Shown piece after piece: positions 25,593 to 34,888 of a stretch of 38,548 nucleotides of DNA. Source of the stretch: a virus (Duplodnaviria > Caudoviricetes); the IMG/VR virus record IMGVR_UViG_3300033518_000313, positions 1 to 38,548 of that record; one strand, written 5' to 3'. Positions within the stretch are counted from its first letter, which is position 1, and every line of letters begins with the position of its first letter. The notes beneath the pieces were generated by a model. The model ran no database searches, was not told where the DNA came from, and was given only the letters and a program-made list of their open reading frames with translations. The translations under genes were made by a program, and so were the position numbers.

Positions 25593-27449
25593 TTATTTTT
25601 TGATAATGCGTGAAATTCCTTTAATTTTTTCTATAAAAATTTCGTTGGCCGCACCGATAGGTTGATTCCTGTGAGTAATTACTAACGATGTGACGTTCAG
25701 TTTTTCTAAAATATTTAGAACATCCATCTGGCCAGTCTTGTCTAGACCCTCAAAAACTTCATCAAGTCCTAAGAAATTCAATCCTCCATTTTTCGCCGTC
25801 AAATTTATTAGATGTTGAAGACCTAAAATGTTAGCAAGTTTTATACGACCCTTTTCTCCCCCTGAATAACGATTAAAATTAGCTATTTCAATTCCCCCTC
25901 TTACGATGGAGATATTTATTTTCTCTCTAACGTCGCCCGATTTCAAAACAGTATAGCCATCTATCAAAACTTGAAGTTCTGAATTCATTTGTCTCAAATA
26001 GCTATTGGTGATTCCCTCGATTGATTTGATTGACTTATTAGTAAGGAATGTTAAGAATCCCTTTTTACCGAAGTGGTAAACCCAGAAGTCAATATCTAAT
26101 ATTTTTTGGTCCAATAAACCCTTTTCAGCATACAATATTTCTCCCGCCTCATCCTGTTCTTTAATCTGACTATCAAGTTTCCCTAACTCTTCATCTGATG
26201 TGATTAGCTTCAATTCTTTTATCTCAGCCTTGAATCCGGATATCTTCTTTTCGTGTTCTGTTATTTCATCATCAATTCCATCTAGAAAATCTTTGGTTGA
26301 TTTTAAAATTCTCTTCAAAGATATTAACCGTTCATTTTCTACAGCATTATCATTAATTTGTTTTCGGTCGTCCTTTATAGCTGCCTCAACCCCATATAGC
26401 AGATTGGTTTTTTGAATCATTAATTTGTTAGCGGAGTTGATTAAGACGGGAATTTCAGATAGCTCAATCTCTTCGGTAGGATTGAAAGAATGTTGACAGT
26501 TTGGACAAGTTATTTTCCCCTCGTAAACCGCCTCAAGGTGAGATATTACATTCTCCGCTTCTAATATATCTTTGTTGATTTGCTTTTCTTTCTTTCGATT
26601 ATCAGATAGCGATTCATTTAATTTAGCGTCGTTTTTTATTACAACGTTTTCAATTTCTGCCTTTAATTTAACGACTTTGGCTACCTTTTCTTCTTTAATG
26701 CTTTCTTTGGACTTTATTAGAGATTTCTGATTAAGAATAGTTACTTCAATCCTTTTAATTTTGGCCTGATTTTCCTCTTCAAAATTAGCTATAATCTCAT
26801 CTTTGCTTTCCTTTAAGAATTCAATTTTATTTTCTACTTTTTGTATTTTTTTATCAAGCGCATCTAAATCATTTTCGATATTTTTACGGTTGATTTTTAA
26901 GTTTTCTATTTTGGTATTTATGTAGTCAACTTCAGAGAATCTGGATATGATGTTCTTTTTATCAATATCGTTTGATGTGAGGAATGAATAGTTTGTTTCT
27001 TGACCTATCATGAAGAAATGTAAAAGGTCTTCCTTACTTAATCCAATCAGCTCAAAAACTCTAGCATTAGCCTCATTCACTGATGAAAGCTCTTTATTTT
27101 GAATTCCGTTTTCCCATACTTCTACCTTAGCGGATTTCTTCTTGTTGAACCACCTTTTGATTATTAGATTCTTAGTATCTCCAAGCGTGTTATCCAACTC
27201 CATTTCAACATAGGATTCTTCTTCGCCGTCACGTATGAATTCTTCCTTTGTGACCCCCCTATTCGTTTCTCCTGTTATTGCTATTGTTATGCCCTCAAGT
27301 ACCGTAGATTTTCCCCCACCGTTACTGTCAGAACCCGCATCTGTAGAGTTGATTGCAAATATCATAACACAATCGTTCTTTTTGAACTCAAAGGTTGTAT
27401 CCTCATGAGTCATTAAGTTTTTGATTCTAATTGTTTTTGGTTGCCACAT
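25593..27449 (-). CDS. SbcC/Rad50-like (gp46-like) recombination ATPase
   Basis: Walker A SNGGGKST, coiled coil with CPNC hook, signature YSGGEK, Walker B LGLDE, H-loop ITH. Confidence 0.92.
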   Translation of the reverse strand: MWQPKTIRIKNLMTHEDTTFEFKKNDCVMIFAINSTDAGSDSNGGGKSTVLEGITIAITGETNRGVTKEEFIRDGEEESYVEMELDNTLGDTKNLIIKRWFNKKKSAKVEVWENGIQNKELSSVNEANARVFELIGLSKEDLLHFFMIGQETNYSFLTSNDIDKKNIISRFSEVDYINTKIENLKINRKNIENDLDALDKKIQKVENKIEFLKESKDEIIANFEEENQAKIKRIEVTILNQKSLIKSKESIKEEKVAKVVKLKAEIENVVIKNDAKLNESLSDNRKKEKQINKDILEAENVISHLEAVYEGKITCPNCQHSFNPTEEIELSEIPVLINSANKLMIQKTNLLYGVEAAIKDDRKQINDNAVENERLISLKRILKSTKDFLDGIDDEITEHEKKISGFKAEIKELKLITSDEELGKLDSQIKEQDEAGEILYAEKGLLDQKILDIDFWVYHFGKKGFLTFLTNKSIKSIEGITNSYLRQMNSELQVLIDGYTVLKSGDVREKINISIVRGGIEIANFNRYSGGEKGRIKLANILGLQHLINLTAKNGGLNFLGLDEVFEGLDKTGQMDVLNILEKLNVTSLVITHRNQPIGAANEIFIEKIKGISRIIKK

Positions 27450-27637
27450 TTGGTTTCTTTTTTTAAGTCTTCTCGATTAATCCTATATACGTTCTTAACC
27501 TTGTTTTGATATGTTCTGTATGTCATGAAATATCCACAAGGAACGTTTATTGCGTATGCTTTTGTAATTGAGCCCCTTGCGATTATCAAGGCTTTAATCA
27601 TCAAACGTTTTTCTTGCTCTGATAACGTCATTACCAA
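27413..27637 (-). CDS. hypothetical protein
   Basis: 74-aa ORF. Confidence 0.5.
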   Translation of the reverse strand: MVMTLSEQEKRLMIKALIIARGSITKAYAINVPCGYFMTYRTYQNKVKNVYRINREDLKKETKCGNQKQLESKT

Positions 27638-27936
27638 TTTATTTTAGGAGATTTTTTGTATCTTATTATGTACTCTTTCTTAGCCTTTGAATCTTTGCTG
27701 ATTATTAGCTTTATCAGTTCAAACTTTGAAACCGCCTTATAATTAATTTCAGCGTCGCCCCTTAGAAATTCCAATATGGCGTTTATTCGTTTATTATTTT
27801 TCAACAGGGTGCCGGAGATTTGGGTGTACCTTTTGCCGTTGCTGGTTATGCATTTGTTCTTAGCGATAAAATCTATCAACATTTTTTCATCAGCATAAAA
27901 GCCTGAACCAACGTAACAGATGTCTCCCTCTTTCAT
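27631..27936 (-). CDS. hypothetical protein
   Basis: 101-aa ORF. Confidence 0.65.
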   Translation of the reverse strand: MKEGDICYVGSGFYADEKMLIDFIAKNKCITSNGKRYTQISGTLLKNNKRINAILEFLRGDAEINYKAVSKFELIKLIISKDSKAKKEYIIRYKKSPKINW

Positions 27937-28961
27937 TATTCTTTGATTAGAATTTTTAGTCCTGATCCCACTTTGGATTTTTCAATTTCTTGAAGTTCGC
28001 AGTATTCTCTGAAATAACCTATCACATTCTTTTTGGACATAGAAGCGAAATCTCCGTTCTCTATCTTTAAAATTTCTTCATTAACGTTATTTAGTTCAAA
28101 CTTAACGTCTATTCCTAGAGCGTCTAATTTTTGCCTATCAATCTTGTGGATATCAGTTTGGTCGCCAGAAAATACGAATCTAACGTGGTCCCCCTTATCT
28201 CCATACATTTCTAATTCGGTTTCAATATCATCATTAACGTCCAAGCTCACCTTGATGTATCTTGTATATTTTGAAGGAATAAAATCTAAACTACCATTAT
28301 CATAAACCAAATGAAATCCCTTATCATCCAGCCTTTCACCGAAATTAGCTTGGTATGCTGAACCTGTATAAAATACGTTTTTGAACGACTGAGAATCATG
28401 ATAATGACCAACCCATACCTTGTCCCAAAATTTAAAAGCCTTTGGTTCGTTACAGTCTTCAACTACTGTCCCGTCGTTATTTCGGACACCGTTTATAGCT
28501 ATATGCGTTATCAGGATATTCGTATCGTTTTCTAAGTCTTTCGCCATACTTTTTACGTTCGACAATCTACTATTATACGAATCCGTAAAAAAGGGCAGGA
28601 AAGCAAACGTAATGCCTTTTAATTCTAAGCAGCTCTCTTCCCTGATAACCTTTATGTTTTTACGGTGCTTGAACATATCCAAATAAGACCGCTCAGAATC
28701 TTGGTCTGTCTTGTCGTGATTCCCTGGAATTATGTAGAGCGTTATTCCCTCCTTTTTTAACATATCGGCAATTCTCAGTGCTTGAGTTATCAAAGTAAGA
28801 GTGATAGAATTTCTGTTTGTAAAGAAATCACCCCCATGAAAAATTACACGGATATCATTCTCTTTACAAATTTCAATAGCTTGCTCAAAAATATTATAAA
28901 CAAGTTCTTGATTTTTATCTTTCAAATGTGTGTCGGTCAAAAATAACGCTATTGGTTCCAT
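27936..28961 (-). CDS. SbcD/Mre11-like (gp47-like) metallophosphoesterase nuclease
   Basis: TDTH, GGDFF, PGNHD, ITH, GHYH, YTGS. Confidence 0.92.
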   Translation of the reverse strand: MEPIALFLTDTHLKDKNQELVYNIFEQAIEICKENDIRVIFHGGDFFTNRNSITLTLITQALRIADMLKKEGITLYIIPGNHDKTDQDSERSYLDMFKHRKNIKVIREESCLELKGITFAFLPFFTDSYNSRLSNVKSMAKDLENDTNILITHIAINGVRNNDGTVVEDCNEPKAFKFWDKVWVGHYHDSQSFKNVFYTGSAYQANFGERLDDKGFHLVYDNGSLDFIPSKYTRYIKVSLDVNDDIETELEMYGDKGDHVRFVFSGDQTDIHKIDRQKLDALGIDVKFELNNVNEEILKIENGDFASMSKKNVIGYFREYCELQEIEKSKVGSGLKILIKE

Positions 28962-28962
28962 A

Positions 28963-30039
28963 TTACAATGTTCTTTCGTGTAGTACTTGCTTGTGACGGG
29001 CAGAATGTATTTTCATGTGAAGAACATTCATTACCTTTTGTTCTTTATAGTAAAGGTTGTAAAACGTTCTTTTACTCATCCAAGAAATATTCATGAATGT
29101 CATCTTCTTAGCACTTTCCTTTTTTATAATTCCGCTTTCAACTCCAAAGGCAATATCAGCTTCTGAAAGTACCAACCCTTTCCCTAATAGAATTTCAAGT
29201 TTGGTTTCTTTTCTTCCGCCAAAATCATTCTTAACAATCTTAACCGAACTGTATTGCGCTACTTCTTCTTCGTCCAATTTTTCGTACCCAATAACTGTAG
29301 TTCTTATTCTGATACAAGGCAAGAATTCAACCCAAGTACCACCACCTGATTTTTTACCACCTTGACCACTCATCATATCGTAGACGTGATTCAAAATAAC
29401 AAAGTGAATTACATTGTCGTACATTTCAGCGATAATGAATTTAGCGAACATTTTAGCATTCTTAGCAAACGCTCCCATTTTCTCATGTTTCATCACGGTG
29501 ATTTCTTCGCCCTTTGCCATTTTCTTTTCCATCATATCGGTATTTTCGTCCATGGTATCTAATTCCGCTTTTGATAGCGTAGCACCCAAACTGTCCCACA
29601 TGAAAAAGAATTTAGGTTTCCCTAATTTTTCTTGAGCAAAGATTGCATTTGCGTCTGTTATGATTTTCTTTACTTTCATAAACATATCCTCAACGTACCT
29701 AATTTTCAGAATCATTACTCTGTCGGGGTCAACTCCTAATTTAAGAGCATATTCCTTATTGTCTCTATTTTCTGATGATAGTAATATGGCAATACCATCT
29801 GGCTCTTTCTTCAAGAAGTTAGCCATAGCGATTAATGCTAAAGTTGTTTTCCCTGATTTTGAAACTCCGGCAATTTCAATTATTCCGGTTGGGTATCCTA
29901 AAATTCCCAAATTGTATTCTAATTCTGGAGAGCCTGTGATAGCCCAAGATTTGTTTTCTTTGAAGTTATCCTTATTTGAAAACTTAACAGCGTCTTCTGA
30001 ATTGAACTTCCCTACTAAGGCATCTATTATATTTTTCAT
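28963..30039 (-). CDS. RecA/UvsX-like recombinase
   Basis: TGSPEL...GYPTGIIEIAGVSKSGKTT, Walker B MWDS, KIVKND. Confidence 0.9.
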   Translation of the reverse strand: MKNIIDALVGKFNSEDAVKFSNKDNFKENKSWAITGSPELEYNLGILGYPTGIIEIAGVSKSGKTTLALIAMANFLKKEPDGIAILLSSENRDNKEYALKLGVDPDRVMILKIRYVEDMFMKVKKIITDANAIFAQEKLGKPKFFFMWDSLGATLSKAELDTMDENTDMMEKKMAKGEEITVMKHEKMGAFAKNAKMFAKFIIAEMYDNVIHFVILNHVYDMMSGQGGKKSGGGTWVEFLPCIRIRTTVIGYEKLDEEEVAQYSSVKIVKNDFGGRKETKLEILLGKGLVLSEADIAFGVESGIIKKESAKKMTFMNISWMSKRTFYNLYYKEQKVMNVLHMKIHSARHKQVLHERTL

Positions 30040-30054
30040 AATTTATATTTTTAC

Positions 30055-30084
30055 AAAAAAAGGGAGGAGTCTTGCTCCCCCCTT
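30055..30084 (-). terminator. intrinsic terminator
   Basis: Minus strand AAGGGGGGAG-CAAGA-CTCCTCCCTTTTTTT after the SSB-like gene. Confidence 0.75.
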
Positions 30085-30102
30085 GGTTATTATTTAAAGA
30101 TA

Positions 30103-31350
30103 TTATTTACCTCTATTTTTCAACCTTGCTCGAATATCGTCGATTGAGATTGAAGATTTCTTTGGAGCGGGTTCATCCTCTTCCTCATCTTCGTCGTCTT
30201 CCTCAACTGCCTTTTTGATAGGTTTTTTAAAAGGTTTCTTTGGAGCAGGCTCATCTTCCTCTTCGTCCTCTTCGTCCTCATCCTCTTCTTCCTCAACTAC
30301 CTTTTTGATAGGTTTTTTGATAGGCTTTTTAGGTGCTGGCTCGTCCTCTTCTTCATCCTCTTCGTCTTCATCCTCATCTTCCTCTTCTTCAACTACCTTT
30401 TTGACAGGCTTTTTGGCGACTACTTTTTTCTTGGGAGCTGGTTCATCATCTTCCTCTTCGTCCTCATCATCATATTGAGCCTTAACTTCTTCAACGATTT
30501 CTTCCCAACGCTCGTCGTCAAAAACTCCAACTTCTTCAGTTTCGTCAAATAACTGCAAGCACTCCAACGCTTTTTCAAAATCTTTCATTTTGTAAACGTC
30601 CATGTAGATTTCAGAAAGAGGAGTTGCTTCACCCCACTTGATGATTTCTTCGTCTTCCAAGTCCATAGGTTTTTTACCTTTTTGACAAGCGTAATAGTCC
30701 TCACCCTTTTTCTTGTTAGGTTTTGAAATATACTTAACCAAAAGCGGATATCCCTCACCTGTAAAAGTATCAACTGATTCAACTGGCTCATCGTCTTCCT
30801 CGATAAAATTAATTTTGTTAATTTCATCACGCACTGTTTTCTTGAAAGCTATCAAACCGAACTCTCTTTTTTCACCTAATGACTTAACAGCATAGGCAAT
30901 CCATTCGTGGCTTGGTCCAATTCCTCCGTAAGAATCATTAATTTTTTTCAAAAGCGCAGCGTCAGAAGACTTAACTACTTTGTTGGCAAGTTTTCTGTAC
31001 TCATCCACCAAATCTAATTTAGTACCGCCGTGTCTTCTAGAATCCAAAATAGTTGTTTTACCTATTTCACCTTGGTTATTCTCACGTGGAAGCCAAGTTC
31101 TTTTTCTTAACAAGAAAAAGTTTTCACCTTGATTATGAGATGGGAAAAATCTTAACTTGATTGTTTTCCCGTCTTCAAATTCCAAGAAATCTGAAAAACC
31201 ATTGAAACCTAAATCTGCGTTATCCACATCATTCGACTTTTTAACTTCCGAAAGTTTTGGCGCATTTTTAGCCATCCTGGCTTTTAATTCGGCTACTTTT
31301 TGAGCCGCACTTTGTTCTTTTGCCATAGCATTAAATTTATTAGTAAACAT
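30103..31350 (-). CDS. putative single-stranded DNA-binding protein with long repetitive charged tail
   Basis: Located between a UvsY-like gene and RecA; IKLRFFP core and acidic C-terminus ending IDDIRARLK; start may be 31326. Confidence 0.65.
   Translation of the reverse strand: MFTNKFNAMAKEQSAAQKVAELKARMAKNAPKLSEVKKSNDVDNADLGFNGFSDFLEFEDGKTIKLRFFPSHNQGENFFLLRKRTWLPRENNQGEIGKTTILDSRRHGGTKLDLVDEYRKLANKVVKSSDAALLKKINDSYGGIGPSHEWIAYAVKSLGEKREFGLIAFKKTVRDEINKINFIEEDDEPVESVDTFTGEGYPLLVKYISKPNKKKGEDYYACQKGKKPMDLEDEEIIKWGEATPLSEIYMDVYKMKDFEKALECLQLFDETEEVGVFDDERWEEIVEEVKAQYDDEDEEEDDEPAPKKKVVAKKPVKKVVEEEEDEDEDEEDEEEDEPAPKKPIKKPIKKVVEEEEDEDEEDEEEDEPAPKKPFKKPIKKAVEEDDEDEEEDEPAPKKSSISIDDIRARLKNRGK
30165..30471 (-). 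repeat. four (acidic run)-EPAPKK repeat units in the SSB tail
   Basis: DEPAPKK occurs four times, separated by K/P-rich and E/D-only blocks. Confidence 0.85.
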
Positions 31351-31367
31351 TTATATATTAAACCCTG

Positions 31368-31916
31368 TTATTCTTCTTCGTTACTTTTTATCTGGTAGTA
31401 AACATTATTCAATTGCTTTTGAATGAGTTCTTCATTGATATCCCCAGAGCGTAAAGTTAGAGATAATTTATTCAGCTTTTCAGATTTGTCTCTTATAGCT
31501 GTATAAATGGAGTCAATGTAATCTTTTTGTTTTTGAGCTTCAAAATAGTCTCTTTGGTATTTTTGAAATACTTTATTCATAAGCAATCCATCCTCAACTT
31601 CAGCCACAGTAGGTTTTTTGACTTTTCCCTTGTCGTCTTCTTCAGATAAATCCTCACGAATTTGCTGTTGAACCTTAGCCTTTCTGATTTCAAAATTCAA
31701 TTTAGCCAACCTAAGTTCGTTTGACATTTCTGCTGCTAGAATACCCATCTTATTCATGACTACAGGAGCTGTTATTAGTTCTGCTACTAAATTACCGTAA
31801 TCTATTTTCAAAAGCGTATCTATGTCTAAATCATCTTGAAAATCGGACACTTTGAATTTAATCATTTTGTCCCCAACTGTAAATACTAAGTTTGTCATTA
31901 TGCGTTTTTTGTGCAA
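31368..31916 (-). CDS. putative recombination mediator (UvsY-like helical protein)
   Basis: All-helical, KKPTVAEVE motif, next to SSB/RecA; inference. Confidence 0.45.
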   Translation of the reverse strand: MHKKRIMTNLVFTVGDKMIKFKVSDFQDDLDIDTLLKIDYGNLVAELITAPVVMNKMGILAAEMSNELRLAKLNFEIRKAKVQQQIREDLSEEDDKGKVKKPTVAEVEDGLLMNKVFQKYQRDYFEAQKQKDYIDSIYTAIRDKSEKLNKLSLTLRSGDINEELIQKQLNNVYYQIKSNEEE

Positions 31917-32188
31917 AAGTCTTCTATAACTTCAGCTTGGTTAGTTTTATCGGCTCGTTCAATCATTCTACCCAAATAATCTTTAGCCTTTAATAAATCT
32001 GTGTAGTTGCCCATTTTTGAGCTTCCTGGTCTGGTAAACCTATTCAAATACCTTTTGGCATTTTCGGCACACCAATGGTGACCGTGTTCTATCGACACTC
32101 TGTAATTCTCAGATATTTGGTCGAATTCTTTTTCTCCGTATTTCGAACGGTTTGATTTCTCTAACTCTTCTTTTACCTTATCACTCAT
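31898..32188 (-). CDS. DUF3310 / T7 gp1.7-like putative nucleotide kinase
   Basis: NAKRYLNR...K.G..TDLLKAKDYLGRMI. Confidence 0.6.
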   Translation of the reverse strand: MSDKVKEELEKSNRSKYGEKEFDQISENYRVSIEHGHHWCAENAKRYLNRFTRPGSSKMGNYTDLLKAKDYLGRMIERADKTNQAEVIEDFCTKNA

Positions 32189-32789
32189 AATCCATATTTT
32201 TTAATTCCAATAAAACATCTATTTCGTACTCTTCTGGTTGTAATCCCTCGTTCAACGCTTTAATTACTTCTAAAATAGATAACTTTGTTTTGTCGACGCA
32301 ATACAAGATATGCTTATTAGCGTTTGTGTTGCCTAAGTCAAGTTCTTTTTTTAAGTAAAAATACATAGAAAGCCAATCTGCTAATTTAACAATTTTAGTT
32401 ATATAAACAGGAAACTGTTTCAATAAAGTGGATTGCATTAGCCTATCAGATTTTGTATCCTGATTGAACTCGTTTTCAATTTCGTGATTTATGAATTGGT
32501 CTAACGCTTCTCGAATTAGACTTCCATTCATTGGATTGTATTTCACGTAATGCAAAACATCTCCCGTAAACACCTCATCGAAATCGTGAAGAAGCGCATA
32601 GGTTATCGCCAAAAGTTTGCTTTCGCTCTCTTTGAAGATTTCTTCCGCTAAAAATCTAGAATACAAAGTAACCAAATATGAGTGTGAGCCCACTGTTTCG
32701 TCCTTTATTCTACTCATTCCATTCCATCTTACCGTGTTATTTAAACGGTCAAAAAGTTCATCGCGTAACAATCTTTCGATTAAAATCAT
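32181..32789 (-). CDS. HD-domain phosphohydrolase (YfbR/DatZ-like deoxynucleotidase)
   Basis: VRW...ETVGSHS, ALLHDFDEVFTGDV, IVKLADWL. Confidence 0.88.
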   Translation of the reverse strand: MILIERLLRDELFDRLNNTVRWNGMSRIKDETVGSHSYLVTLYSRFLAEEIFKESESKLLAITYALLHDFDEVFTGDVLHYVKYNPMNGSLIREALDQFINHEIENEFNQDTKSDRLMQSTLLKQFPVYITKIVKLADWLSMYFYLKKELDLGNTNANKHILYCVDKTKLSILEVIKALNEGLQPEEYEIDVLLELKNMDYE

Positions 32790-34888
32790 ATCTCAATTAT
32801 TTTAGTTCTTGCGCTTCCAAACATAACGTTCTTCTTTTTCCAGCTGTCCCACTTCAAAATTCCGGACATGGCGAACATTTTTTTACTCACTTCTAATTCT
32901 AATAACTTTGTTTTGATTTTCTTTTCGCCCCAAGTGTCGTTCCAAAATTGAGTCACGATAACGGAATTATTACTCTCCAATTCAATCAAAGCATAATCGC
33001 CCCTTTTAGATGGCCTCACTGATAGTTTTCGTATTCTTCCGGCAATTATAACAGACTTTTCCATTTTCTCATTTGGCTCCAAATTGTTTAGGCTTTCACC
33101 ATCCATAAAATAGGTATCCACTTGTTCCGGCTTTGACCAAACTTTCTTAACTAAGATTTTGTAATTTATATCACCGTATCCCGTCAATTCCTTTTGCTTT
33201 TGCTTCCAGAACCAATTCTTATCTCGGCTTGGGTCGTTTTCAATCTCTTCTGGCATTGGCTCCCTACGTAATTCATAAAACCTTTTCATTATCAAATAAC
33301 GGTGCTTAGATTGCCCCTGATTATCCATCGTTATGTTCTCTGATGATATGGAATCAAATGCACCCACTGCTATAAGATTCGTAACAACTTTTTTATTTAC
33401 CTTTGCCTTGTTTATTCTTGTGACGAAATCTTCCAAGCTAAAGAATTCTCCATTCTTTCTTTCCTCTATGATATTGTAAACCGCTACATCTCCAACAAAT
33501 TTTATTTGAGTGAGCGACCAAAATATCTTATTCTCTTCAACCGATGTTGTGAAATAGGTGTCGGACTTATTTATATCGGGAGAAGAAATTTTAACTCCGC
33601 ATTTGGTTTTCCTCATTTCAGAAATTCTAAGCGGGATTTCTTCTGTTTTACAGAAATTTAATGATGCTGCCCAAAACTCTAAGGCAAAATAGACTTTGAG
33701 CCATTGACATTGATATCCAATTATAGCATACGCAACACTATGACTTTTATTGAAACCATAGCTTGAGAACGCATTTAATTTGTCCCAAACTTTGTTAGCG
33801 TAAACCTTAGCTGTTTTATTGGTTAGTTCTGAATCATGCTCCAAGCATACCTTAGAATATCCGGCAATAAATTTATCCTTAAATGCGGCCAAGGCAACCT
33901 TATTGAATTTCTTCATATAAGTTCTAACCTCATCTGATTCAATTAAGGTCAACCCCCCAACAACCATAGCTTGCATTATCTGTTCTTGATAGATATATAG
34001 TCCATGAGTTTTTTCAACTATGATGTCCATACCGTGGTCAATCTCAGTTTTCTTCTTCTTACTTCTGAATGCTACCAAATCATCGTGAGCGTGAGAAGCC
34101 ATCGGTCCTGGTCTAAAGATAGCATTCATAACCGTTAAATCTTCTATGCTCTTTGGCTTAATCTGCATACTATAACCTTTCAATCCGGGAGTACCAAATT
34201 GAAATACATCGTCATTCCACCCTTTTGTAAAAAATTCAAACACGTTTTCATCATCTGTAGGTATATCATTCAAATTTATTTTAAGGTCTCTGTTTTTCTC
34301 TATGAGATTCAGTATGGTTTTAAACTTATCAAGTTGAGCTAATCCTAAGATGTCCTCTTTCAAATATCCCGCTCGGTCAATGTATTTCCCCTCCCACTCA
34401 GATACTATCGAACCGTCAATTTTCCTAACGGGAAGCCAATCGTAAATCTCCATAGGGTTTCCGTCAGCGTCTCTATCTGGAGCAATAATAATGGCAGAAG
34501 CGTGAATTGATTGTGAGCGAGGTTGTCCAAGAGGTGCTTTTATTATTTCACAAACATCCAAATTGTTATTTGCGAAATCTTTGAGTTCTTTTGCTTTTAG
34601 CGAATATATAAAAATATCAGCCCAATCAAATTCTATTTTGTTTTCGATATGTGAGGTAGCATAATTTACTGTTTTGAAATCCACCCCCTTTGCTCTTGAA
34701 AAATCCTTTATGGCCGATTTGGTTTTCATTTTATTAAAAGTACCAATAGAGCAAACATTATCAAAGCCAAATTTAACTTCCATATAATTCTTAACATCCT
34801 GTCTTCTACCGCTCTCAAAATCGACATCAATATCGGGATTTTGGTCGGGTCTTTTTACTTTAACTGTTTTTACTTTAACTACTTTCAT
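32786..34888 (-). CDS. dnaE: DNA polymerase III alpha, C-terminal part (palm remainder, fingers, HhH, OB)
   Basis: PDIDVDF, SIHASA, KEDILGL, YQEQIM, YGFNKSHS, PDINKS, C-terminal OB fold. Confidence 0.93.
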   Translation of the reverse strand: MKVVKVKTVKVKRPDQNPDIDVDFESGRRQDVKNYMEVKFGFDNVCSIGTFNKMKTKSAIKDFSRAKGVDFKTVNYATSHIENKIEFDWADIFIYSLKAKELKDFANNNLDVCEIIKAPLGQPRSQSIHASAIIIAPDRDADGNPMEIYDWLPVRKIDGSIVSEWEGKYIDRAGYLKEDILGLAQLDKFKTILNLIEKNRDLKINLNDIPTDDENVFEFFTKGWNDDVFQFGTPGLKGYSMQIKPKSIEDLTVMNAIFRPGPMASHAHDDLVAFRSKKKKTEIDHGMDIIVEKTHGLYIYQEQIMQAMVVGGLTLIESDEVRTYMKKFNKVALAAFKDKFIAGYSKVCLEHDSELTNKTAKVYANKVWDKLNAFSSYGFNKSHSVAYAIIGYQCQWLKVYFALEFWAASLNFCKTEEIPLRISEMRKTKCGVKISSPDINKSDTYFTTSVEENKIFWSLTQIKFVGDVAVYNIIEERKNGEFFSLEDFVTRINKAKVNKKVVTNLIAVGAFDSISSENITMDNQGQSKHRYLIMKRFYELRREPMPEEIENDPSRDKNWFWKQKQKELTGYGDINYKILVKKVWSKPEQVDTYFMDGESLNNLEPNEKMEKSVIIAGRIRKLSVRPSKRGDYALIELESNNSVIVTQFWNDTWGEKKIKTKLLELEVSKKMFAMSGILKWDSWKKKNVMFGSARTKIIEI

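Noticed and set aside
30215-30478. Poly-Ser plus-strand ORF
   Set aside because: Antisense shadow of the E/D-rich SSB tail.
32181-32789. Z-genome (DatZ/PurZ) pathway
   Set aside because: The HD fold is compatible, but no PurZ or MazZ is present in the window and the neighbouring TS-fold gene points to pyrimidine metabolism. It cannot be excluded genome-wide.
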